NCBI GenBank assembly: GCA_041666305.1 | Contig: JBAYHD010000002.1 | Span: 684 to 64,683, forward strand | DNA: 64,000 nucleotides | Reading direction: 5' to 3' | Origin: Minisyncoccota bacterium | GTDB lineage: Bacteria; Patescibacteriota; Minisyncoccia; Phycocordibacterales; Phycocordibacteraceae | In this document: positions 26,740 through 33,371 of the stretch, in pieces | How the letters are laid out: every line of letters starts with the position of its first letter | How positions within the stretch are numbered: the first letter of the stretch is position 1 | Notes under the pieces: generated by a model | Database searches by the model: none | Seen by the model: the letters and a program-made list of their open reading frames with translations, nothing else | Told to the model about the DNA's origin: nothing | Position numbers and translations under genes: made by a program

Positions 26740-26790
26740 ACTATATATAGGCCCTACACAGGCCTGACCTCGCGTCAGAGTTCGTATCCC
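26740..26790 (+). other. tRNA 3'-end-like fragment (T-arm plus CCCGCC) without foldable 5' half
   Basis: GAGTTCGTATCCCGCC resembles GGGTTCGAATCCCGCC of the adjacent tRNA-Leu; contains reverse complement of the tRNA variable-arm segment; shares 11-mer ACCTCGCGTCA with the island repeats. Confidence 0.25.
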
Positions 26791-26885
26791 GCCCTGAGGT
26801 TCTTTTCGAGATTTAGAAGCCTCGAAAGTCGAATCAAGTCTTCTAATTCCGGATTTCTTTATTCGGAATGGGATATGAAACGAGA

Positions 26886-26915
26886 AGCCCGCGCAAGCGG
26901 GTTTTCTCGTTTTTA
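26886..26915 (+). terminator. rho-independent terminator
   Basis: gcccgcgcaagcgggttttctcgttttt. Confidence 0.5.
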
Positions 26916-26944
26916 AGAGCAAGAAACGGGGACACCCACCATTA

Positions 26945-26990
26945 ATTTCCAAACAAAAACCTCGCGTCATGCCCCGGGCGACAGGGATCC
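26945..26990 (+). repeat. island direct repeat (a): AATTTCCAAACAAAAACCTCGCGTCATGCCCCGGGCGACAGGGATCC
   Basis: five same-orientation copies at 26945, 27538, 27681, 29505, 30172. Confidence 0.65.
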
Positions 26991-27000
26991 TGATGGGGAG

Positions 27001-27519
27001 TTATTCCAGATTGTTCAAATAGCACCTAATGTCGGCACTCGACTTCAAGACAATTACTTTATCTTTGTGCTCATTAATAAATAGCATCAGTTTCGGTTTG
27101 GTTCTAAATTGGCGACGAATAATCTCGAGGAAGAAGGCAATCTCGTGTCGGATATTAAGCTCCGGATGTCTCTCCGACGGATTGAATATGCGCTGAGCGT
27201 GATTAAACAATCTGCGCCAAAGCGGAATGTCGAGAAAAATAATGACGTCGGCCCTTTTTGCGATTTCTGGTTGCACAGAACGCGTGTATAAACCGTCGGA
27301 GACCCACGAGTCTGCAGCAATCGCAGTTGCCGTCTTTTGCCTAACGAAGGTTCGCACTCGGTCGCGCTCTTCAATGGGGGCACCATCCTTCATCTGATTT
27401 CCGCCCGCCTCGAACCAGAATCGGTCGAGGTGGATGTGTGGTATAGATAATTTTTCACTAATCGCTCGCGCGAGAGTAGATTTCCCGCTCGCGGGTAACC
27501 CAACAATGCTTATACGCAT
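27001..27519 (-). CDS. P-loop NTPase / nucleotide kinase-like protein (FlaR/adenylate-kinase-like)
   Basis: Walker A GLPASGKST close to N-terminus (start taken at MRISIVG); bracketed by direct repeats (a) and (b); only minus-strand gene in island. Confidence 0.55.
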   Translation of the reverse strand: MRISIVGLPASGKSTLARAISEKLSIPHIHLDRFWFEAGGNQMKDGAPIEERDRVRTFVRQKTATAIAADSWVSDGLYTRSVQPEIAKRADVIIFLDIPLWRRLFNHAQRIFNPSERHPELNIRHEIAFFLEIIRRQFRTKPKLMLFINEHKDKVIVLKSSADIRCYLNNLE

Positions 27520-27537
27520 TGCGTAAGAATACATTAA

Positions 27538-27580
27538 ATAATTCCCAAACAAAAACCTCGCGTCATGCCCCGGCGACCTT
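27538..27580 (+). repeat. island direct repeat (b)
   Basis: ATTCCCAAACAAAAACCTCGCGTCATGCCCCGGCGACC. Confidence 0.65.
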
Positions 27581-27601
27581 CCGTCTCAGTGAAGGTAGTA
27601 T

Positions 27602-27637
27602 GTTCGTTAACTCTAACGGTCGTATCAATTAACGAAC
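27602..27637. repeat. conserved hairpin GTTCGTTAA-N18-TTAACGAAC with AACGGTCGT loop core (copy A)
   Basis: perfect 9-bp stem; near-identical second copy at 35800-35835. Confidence 0.55.
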
Positions 27638-27680
27638 AGCAGATTGCCTACGCTGCGCAAGGTTCGACCTTTCTCAAAAT

Positions 27681-27726
27681 AATTTCCAAACAAAAACCTC
27701 GCGTCATGTCCCCGGCGACAGGGGTC
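27681..27726 (+). repeat. island direct repeat (c)
   Basis: AATTTCCAAACAAAAACCTCGCGTCATGTCCCCGGCGACAGGGG. Confidence 0.65.
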
Positions 27727-27824
27727 TAGAGCAGGAGTATTTGACTGAATGACTTAAGAGCATATGATTCCAGTCAGACACACAAGTAGTTCCCACCAAT
27801 GCTTGCAGACAGAAGGAGTTCGTC

Positions 27825-28313
27825 ATGAACAGTTCTATTAGTCCAAAAAAGCTTCGTCATGCCATAAATCAGTATTTCGATCAGACCCCGGCCACTGAGG
27901 TCGTGCGACGTGCAGAAGAACTGAAGCCGCAGGAGATGAAGTCTAGGGAAATGGTACTGTTTGGACCTCCCGGCCTCGTCGCCAAGGTATACAAAACGTT
28001 CAAGATCGACTGCGACGGAAACGTGATTTTCGACGGCATCCGCATTGCCGGATTGAGCATCAAGCTTCCGAAGGGAAGGATCAATGATATACACTGCCGT
28101 TTGCGCCTGCACCACCCGGAGACGGGAGACTTGTTCGAGACGACTGGCTACGTTTCAGACGCGTTCGTGTACGAGGTGTTGCAGTGTTGGGATGGCAAAG
28201 ATACCGTGACCATCGCCGGCAAGAAGATGGTGCATCAACCAGTTCGTGGCAATTCTGTGCCCCAGCAGTATTACTTGCTGGTTGAGGTCATAGAGGATAC
28301 ATCGCCGTTCTAA
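27825..28313 (+). CDS. hypothetical protein
   Basis: ORF with protein-like composition; no family recognised. Confidence 0.4.
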   Translation: MNSSISPKKLRHAINQYFDQTPATEVVRRAEELKPQEMKSREMVLFGPPGLVAKVYKTFKIDCDGNVIFDGIRIAGLSIKLPKGRINDIHCRLRLHHPETGDLFETTGYVSDAFVYEVLQCWDGKDTVTIAGKKMVHQPVRGNSVPQQYYLLVEVIEDTSPF

Positions 28314-28450
28314 AGCCGTTCGCAGAAGTCCGTTCTGCGAACGGCTTTTGCTTTTTGAGGTTCAACCTTGCTAAAAAACAGTCGATTCTCGAACTGTGAT
28401 ATATTCGGCTCTAGAAAGTCCCGCAACCAATAGAAAAGGAGGTAGTTAGT

Positions 28451-28849
28451 ATGGCAACGAGAGAAGCGGCATCTGGCCGCATCCAGATACTCAAGACACC
28501 AGCTTGGGACGCTCCACTTGAGGCCCGCGGAGCGTTTGTGATGAAAGCAGCGCTTCCGTGTTATCCGTATGTCGGGTATCCGTCCGGCGTAGTGAGGGAC
28601 GTCGTGACTCGCAGGGAAATGGAGATCAAGAAAATAGGCGTCATCGTGCCGCAGGACAAAGCATTACAGGTCCTCTGGCAGAATAATCCGGTGGCGGCCA
28701 CATGGTGGATAGACCGCGGCTTCCCGAAACGCAGAGGATGCTTTTTCTTCACTGAAGGCGAGTTCACCATCGTCAGCGGCGTCCCCGATGATCCGGTATG
28801 GGTTTTTGAGAACATACGGGTTGGGCACTGGCGCCAAATGCTCCCCTGA
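28451..28849 (+). CDS. hypothetical protein
   Basis: ORF preceded by aaaggaggtag RBS; no family recognised. Confidence 0.45.
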   Translation: MATREAASGRIQILKTPAWDAPLEARGAFVMKAALPCYPYVGYPSGVVRDVVTRREMEIKKIGVIVPQDKALQVLWQNNPVAATWWIDRGFPKRRGCFFFTEGEFTIVSGVPDDPVWVFENIRVGHWRQMLP

Positions 28850-29023
28850 AAGCGACGTGCGACGAGACGGAAAGGGTCTTCCTTTCCGTCTTTTTTGTTT
28901 TTAGCCCTCTCCACGTCTGATGCAGAAACAGTTGACAATAATATATTCTTGTGCTATATATGGAGGCAAGACTGGCGACTCAGGCTTGTCGCGTTCATTC
29001 AATCAATCAAGGGAGAAAAAATT

Positions 29024-29455
29024 ATGGTAAATCCTGACGCATTCTTCAGGAATTCTTTCGCTCAATTCAGAATTACGCTCCGCAATCTGCTCGGGAGGCA
29101 TGGGGTCTTAACCAATCCCGGCTCGAACGATGATGAAATAGTAGCTGGCTTCGAGGAGCTTCTTGCGCGGCGGCAAACCGAATTGGACGAAGGCAATCTG
29201 ATCTTCATCACCGAGGCACTGATGATGTTCCATATGCGGATTGCCTACAACACACCTTCGTTTGCAGTAAATTTTGTTTGCGCAAAAGCAACAGACGAAA
29301 TGACACAAGAAGCTCTTCGCAAACTCTTGCGTGTGAGTCTTCAAGACCCAAGATTCCGAGAGCGATTCAACGAGCATTTCTCGAAACACCCAATGCAAGA
29401 ATTCCGTGAGGAAGGATGGAAATGGTTATGTGAGATCTTAGCTTGGGAAACGTGA
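29024..29455 (+). CDS. hypothetical protein
   Basis: start at MVNPDAFF after gggagaaaaaatt RBS-like stretch (track ORF begins 28895); followed by terminator. Confidence 0.35.
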   Translation: MVNPDAFFRNSFAQFRITLRNLLGRHGVLTNPGSNDDEIVAGFEELLARRQTELDEGNLIFITEALMMFHMRIAYNTPSFAVNFVCAKATDEMTQEALRKLLRVSLQDPRFRERFNEHFSKHPMQEFREEGWKWLCEILAWET

Positions 29456-29500
29456 GTTCCGCCCTCAACGAAAACCGTTGGAGGGCGGTTTTCATTTTTA
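29455..29500 (+). terminator. rho-independent terminator
   Basis: ccgccctcaacgaaaaccgttggagggcgg then TTTTCATTTTT. Confidence 0.65.
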
Positions 29501-29504
29501 GGCT

Positions 29505-29546
29505 CAACACAAAAAACTCGCGTCATTCCCCCGGCGACAGGGATCC
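29505..29546 (+). repeat. island direct repeat (d)
   Basis: CAACACAAAAAACTCGCGTCATTCCCCCGGCGACAGGGATCC immediately after terminator. Confidence 0.6.
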
Positions 29547-29654
29547 TCAGTCGAGTAGAGGGGCTTGACTTACATACTGTTTCGTAGTATCGTACGCACA
29601 GAGGTTTCTTCTCTACCTTAAAGAGACGCCCTTTTCCAGAATGAAGGAGAGATC

Positions 29655-30116
29655 ATGCATCAGTATGTCACCTGCACTAAATGCAACGGGTCCGGCAGAG
29701 TAAGGAGAACCAGATGGTTCGGGACGAAAGACTGTCCCTCCTGCGACGGCATAGGGAAAGTTCCCAAAGCCGTTACCAAGGCAACGTCGGTAAGAAGGAC
29801 CGAAGAACGGGCCGTAACCCACTCCGCTCCGGCAAATGACGACGGCGATATCATCGCGGGCGTGGCGCTCATGGTTGCGGCTTTAGACCGCGGGAATACC
29901 ATCGCGGTTGCGCAGCCCGAAGAAGCTTTCAAAGGTGGCGGCGGCGAAATGGGCGGTGGCGGAGCTAGCGACTCATGGGATAAACCCGAGGAGCGCGCGG
30001 CAGAACCGGAGCCTGTTGCGGAAGTCGTTACGACGTTCGAATCAAGCGAACCCGCGTCAGAATCGGCCGCTTCAGATTCTTCAAGTTCATCGGACTCGGG
30101 ATCAAGCGACACGTGA
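29655..30116 (+). CDS. zinc-ribbon protein (CxxC x2, DnaJ-finger-like CxxCxGxG) with acidic Ser-rich disordered tail
   Basis: CTKCNGSGRV...CPSCDGIGKV; aaggagagatc RBS; C-terminal SDSSSSSDSGSSDT. Confidence 0.45.
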   Translation: MHQYVTCTKCNGSGRVRRTRWFGTKDCPSCDGIGKVPKAVTKATSVRRTEERAVTHSAPANDDGDIIAGVALMVAALDRGNTIAVAQPEEAFKGGGGEMGGGGASDSWDKPEERAAEPEPVAEVVTTFESSEPASESAASDSSSSSDSGSSDT

Positions 30117-30120
30117 ACGG

Positions 30121-30172
30121 CCGCCTCAGCAGTAACGGGAAAACCGTGCTTGCTGAGGCGGTTTTCTTTTTG
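30121..30172 (+). terminator. rho-independent terminator
   Basis: ccgcctcagc...gctgaggcgg then TTTTCTTTTT. Confidence 0.65.
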
Positions 30173-30215
30173 TCCCAATTTCCAAACAAAAACCTCACTT
30201 CATGCTCTGGCGATA
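30172..30215 (+). repeat. island direct repeat (e), most diverged
   Basis: AATTTCCAAACAAAAACCTCACTTCATGCTCTGGCGATATTCC. Confidence 0.5.
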
Positions 30216-30365
30216 TTCCTCAACCCATCTCTGTTGAAATTAGACTTCAACAAGGGGTGGGAATGATTATCCACAGGCCTCCCAGGACACTTGACAAATC
30301 ATGTTCGCTATGCTAGCCTGTACACAGGTCAAACCAGCTTTCCAACCATCTCTGCGGAGGTAGCG

Positions 30366-30494
30366 ATGAAATTGCTTAAGCAAGTGTGGGAAAAGCTCAT
30401 GAAATGGATCGACGGTGACGAAGTCCCAAACAGCACCATGACGCCGCAACAGGTCGCAGATCTGTGCGAGTCGGGTTTCGAAACATGGGATTAA
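30366..30494 (+). CDS. small hypothetical protein (43 aa)
   Basis: MKLLKQVWEKLMKWIDGDEV...; ggaggtagcg RBS before ATG 30366. Confidence 0.25.
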   Translation: MKLLKQVWEKLMKWIDGDEVPNSTMTPQQVADLCESGFETWD

Positions 30495-30562
30495 CGGACC
30501 GGAGTCCACGAAGACGGCACAGGATGCTCACAAGATCCCGTGCCGTTTTTATATAATGATGT

Positions 30563-30591
30563 TTGACCTGACGTAGGGACAGGCATATAGT
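30563..30591 (+). promoter_or_regulatory. sigma70-type promoter TTGACC -17- TATAGT
   Basis: -35 30563-30568, -10 30586-30591, gene start 30629. Confidence 0.45.
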
Positions 30592-30628
30592 CCGTGCGGG
30601 TAGGTCTTCAATTTTTGGGAGCACGGAA

Positions 30629-30886
30629 ATGAAAGACAATGCGTGGCACCAGCATCCGAAAAATCCGGAAGAAATGATGTACGGAGGTCTCCTCGAAGAC
30701 AAGGATGAGCTCGAAGAGGGAGACGCATCACCCAATCCAATTACGAAGAAATGGGAGAAGATACCTCCGGTCCACATTGGAGCTCGTCTTCCTCAAGGCC
30801 ACAAGACGATGTTTGTTCGTCCTGCCGAGGTGATTCCTACGTTCGTAACACCGGACGTGCTGGATTCCTCCGAAGGCTGGATATAG
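30629..30886 (+). CDS. hypothetical protein
   Basis: ORF after promoter and gggagcacggaaATG. Confidence 0.35.
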   Translation: MKDNAWHQHPKNPEEMMYGGLLEDKDELEEGDASPNPITKKWEKIPPVHIGARLPQGHKTMFVRPAEVIPTFVTPDVLDSSEGWI

Positions 30887-30897
30887 TGAGGTGACCC

Positions 30898-31251
30898 ATG
30901 GCGTATGTATCAGGAAAAATATTCAGAGACGACATCGTGGCGCTCGAGGCGGAATATCTCGAAGCCATGATAGAAAAAACAGTACGGTCGGGAATACGGC
31001 TCACCAGGAAGAAATGGATTTGGATAGAACTGGTGCCTCAAGCGCTTGAAAATAGAGCTGTACCCATCATCCGGCAGATGTTGGCGAGTATCAATCCGGA
31101 AATGTTTTGGAATGTCCGGAAAATGGACGAGCGAGTCATTTGGATGATCTACTGGCGCCTCCGAACTGAGCCGCTGAATATTCACATGTACCTTCTCGAA
31201 CTTCTTGTTGAACTCGACAAGAACCCGCCCTTTGCCGATATTTTTGCCTAA
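30898..31251 (+). CDS. hypothetical protein
   Basis: ORF; no family recognised. Confidence 0.4.
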   Translation: MAYVSGKIFRDDIVALEAEYLEAMIEKTVRSGIRLTRKKWIWIELVPQALENRAVPIIRQMLASINPEMFWNVRKMDERVIWMIYWRLRTEPLNIHMYLLELLVELDKNPPFADIFA

Positions 31252-31316
31252 ACGCCGCCCGAAGGGCGGCGGTTGTTTTGCTCCATTCTCCATGCTGTAT
31301 AATCAACCGCATACCT

Positions 31317-31793
31317 ATGGAAGGAATAAAAAACAACGCACCGGAAAGTCCTGAAGATAAGGGAGAGCAATTGAGCGGGAAGGAAAAGTTTGAGCAAATT
31401 TTGGCGCTCTTCGGCACCGACACCGCTCGCGAAAACTTTGTAGAGACATGCCGGCTGTACATAGAGGCTCGCCAGAGAGCTGTTCGTGAGTCATACGCTC
31501 CCGAACCCACCGTTCGTCATAGAGCTGTCATGTCGAGCCCGAAGCAGGCCGTCATCCATAATAAGATCATGGACACCATGACGCGCCTCGCGAATCAGGC
31601 AGAAAATGTTTCCCCGCTCCAACGCAAGATTTTAATAGAAATGCATGACCGCGACATCACTGCCGAGATCATTCGAGAATACGTCAATGCAGTCCATAGG
31701 GTAAAGAAAGTTGATGAGGATGAAGAAAACGGGGAACGGAAGAAAGGAATGTCCGACACCGCCTACTACCACTCGCTCGGGAAAGAGCACTAA
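31317..31793 (+). CDS. hypothetical protein
   Basis: start at MEGIKNN (track 31278); no family recognised. Confidence 0.4.
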   Translation: MEGIKNNAPESPEDKGEQLSGKEKFEQILALFGTDTARENFVETCRLYIEARQRAVRESYAPEPTVRHRAVMSSPKQAVIHNKIMDTMTRLANQAENVSPLQRKILIEMHDRDITAEIIREYVNAVHRVKKVDEDEENGERKKGMSDTAYYHSLGKEH

Positions 31794-31851
31794 TCAACTA
31801 TAAAAATAGGCGCCTCAGGACAGGCGCCTATTAAATGATGAGGGTTCCTTT

Positions 31852-32556
31852 TTAGTTATTCTTTGGAACCTTGAGAGAACCTTCGGTTTGAAAATACATC
31901 AAGTCGAATTGCTTGAGTGCCGGGCCCAGCTTCTTGACTTCAGTAATACTTGGGAAGCGCATGGCCTCGTTTCGGAATCTCTCTATGGCGAGTTTCCGGC
32001 GAAGTGCAAACCTCGGTACCGCCGAACGAAGCACCATAACCGCACGTATGAACGACGTTGCCATCAGTGCGTATGCTTGGCTGAACCAGTCATTCTTGCC
32101 TTCTGCTGATTTGGCAAGTTCCCGATACAAGCTTATGCCGATGTCCGCAATCTGGTGCGCCCCGCGCATCTGATGACGATAGTGACTTGCTTCCGGAAAG
32201 AACGCCACGTATTGCAGACTTATGTCGGCGACATCCGGAACAAGACCCGGTTCGACATTAGCCGCTCCGACAAGACGGCCGTAAAAGTCAAAAGCTGCCA
32301 ATTGTTCAAACAGCATCGATCGACCCATGAAGCGATACAACATCGCCGCGAGATAGTCCCGCACCATATCGTCGATAGGTATCTTCGTTTGAGCGCACGC
32401 CTCGGATACCAGCAGGTACCATTGGTACGCCGCCGATTCCGCACGTACGAACCCTAATTTGTTCAAGGCGGAATATTTCGCATCCGCTTTTACATCCTCC
32501 GGTTTTGCCGTGATAACCATTTTCACGTCCATGGCAACTCTCCTCAGGTTAAACAT
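31852..32556 (-). CDS. hypothetical protein
   Basis: minus-strand ORF divergent from grpE; no family recognised. Confidence 0.4.
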   Translation of the reverse strand: MFNLRRVAMDVKMVITAKPEDVKADAKYSALNKLGFVRAESAAYQWYLLVSEACAQTKIPIDDMVRDYLAAMLYRFMGRSMLFEQLAAFDFYGRLVGAANVEPGLVPDVADISLQYVAFFPEASHYRHQMRGAHQIADIGISLYRELAKSAEGKNDWFSQAYALMATSFIRAVMVLRSAVPRFALRRKLAIERFRNEAMRFPSITEVKKLGPALKQFDLMYFQTEGSLKVPKNN

Positions 32557-32645
32557 CCGGGAGCATCATACGCTAGACGCGGTAGTATGGGAAACCAACA
32601 AACAAGGTAGGGACTTTTTTGACTATGCATCGAATTTCGGGCATA

Positions 32646-32724
32646 CCCCATATGACAACTTTTATATTGATAACGAAATAATTTTTGCTAGCACGGTTGA
32701 TAAAAGTTGTCATACGGGGCATAG
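32646..32724 (+). promoter_or_regulatory. 18-bp inverted repeat (candidate operator) overlapping a TTGATA...CATAGT promoter upstream of grpE
   Basis: CCCCATATGACAACTTTT (32646-32663) vs AAAAGTTGTCATACGGGG (32702-32719), 17/18 complementary, 38-bp spacer; -35 TTGATA 32696-32701, -10 CATAGT 32719-32724. Confidence 0.4.
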
Positions 32725-32731
32725 TGGAGAG

Positions 32732-33283
32732 ATGAAGGAATGGCATGGAGATGATATCGAACCTGAAAATATAATCATCGAGCCCGAAACGGGTGACGAG
32801 ACGGGAGAAGTACGGCCCGAAGAGAAAATCGCAAAGATGCGCGAAGAACTTTCCGCGTGCCGGAAGGACAAACAGGAATACATGGACGGCTGGCAGAGAG
32901 CCAAAGCGGACTACGTGAACGCCCTGAAGCGCTTTGAAACCGACGTCAAGGCATCGGAGTTTAGAGGTAAGGTGAAGGCCGTAGAGACGCTTCTGCCGGC
33001 CTTCGACGCTCTCGAGCGCTCCAAGGAGCACGGGGAATTGCCCGAGGGATTCATGGCCATTGCGAAGCAGCTAGAGGGAGCATTCGCCGCACTTGGACTG
33101 GAGGAGACGGGGAAGGTCGGCGAGAAATTTGACCCCGCGTATCATGAGGCATTGGGCCAGGACAAGGTTGAAACGGCGGACGAAGATGGTATAATTACCG
33201 CCATACTAGAGAAAGGTTGGAGAGTGGGCGACATCATTATTCGACCGGCGAAAGTGCGTGTTGGGCATTTCGCTAGCAATTAG
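32732..33283 (+). CDS. grpE: nucleotide exchange factor GrpE
   Basis: C-terminal GrpE motifs (LLPAFDALERS, KFDPAYHEA, RPAKVRV); GGAGAG RBS before ATG 32732; track ORF 32459 N-terminus overlaps opposite gene. Confidence 0.8.
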   Translation: MKEWHGDDIEPENIIIEPETGDETGEVRPEEKIAKMREELSACRKDKQEYMDGWQRAKADYVNALKRFETDVKASEFRGKVKAVETLLPAFDALERSKEHGELPEGFMAIAKQLEGAFAALGLEETGKVGEKFDPAYHEALGQDKVETADEDGIITAILEKGWRVGDIIIRPAKVRVGHFASN

Positions 33284-33290
33284 GCATTAG

Positions 33291-33356
33291 GCTCTAGGCG
33301 CTAGCATTGCATACAGAGTTTATTTTTATTAGTATCAACTAAAGCCTAGCGCCTAA
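33291..33356. repeat. TAGGCGCTAG / CTAAAGCCTAGCGCCTA composite repeat (also at 58236-58290, inverted)
   Basis: TAGGCGCTAG 33295-33304 and CTAAAGCCTAGCGCCTAA 33339-33356; AGGCTCTAGG shared with murG-upstream copy. Confidence 0.4.
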
Positions 33357-33371
33357 CTTCCTATCATCCTT

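Noticed and set aside
26740-26790. Second intact tRNA gene after tRNA-Leu
   Set aside because: A T-arm-like GAGTTCGTATCCC is present, but no acceptor or anticodon arms could be paired. Kept only as a tRNA-3'-like fragment.
26945-30215. Five ~45-bp direct repeats considered as a CRISPR array
   Set aside because: Spacing is irregular (about 100 to 1800 bp), the intervening segments are complete genes with terminators, the repeats are not palindromic, and there are no cas genes. Treated as island or att-like repeats instead.
32459-32731. Upstream extension of the grpE ORF, and minus ORF 32573-33031
   Set aside because: The extension overlaps divergent gene 31852-32556 and the promoter/operator region. 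GrpE homology and a GGAGAG RBS define the start at 32732. The minus ORF lies antisense within grpE.
32640-33370. Search for canonical heat-shock operators (CIRCE TTAGCACTC-N9-GAGTGCTAA, HAIR CTTGAGT-N7-ACTCAAG) near grpE, dnaK and dnaJ
   Set aside because: No match found by eye. Only TTGCTAGCAC, a poor half-CIRCE, at 32685-32694. The inverted repeats reported in findings are of different sequence.
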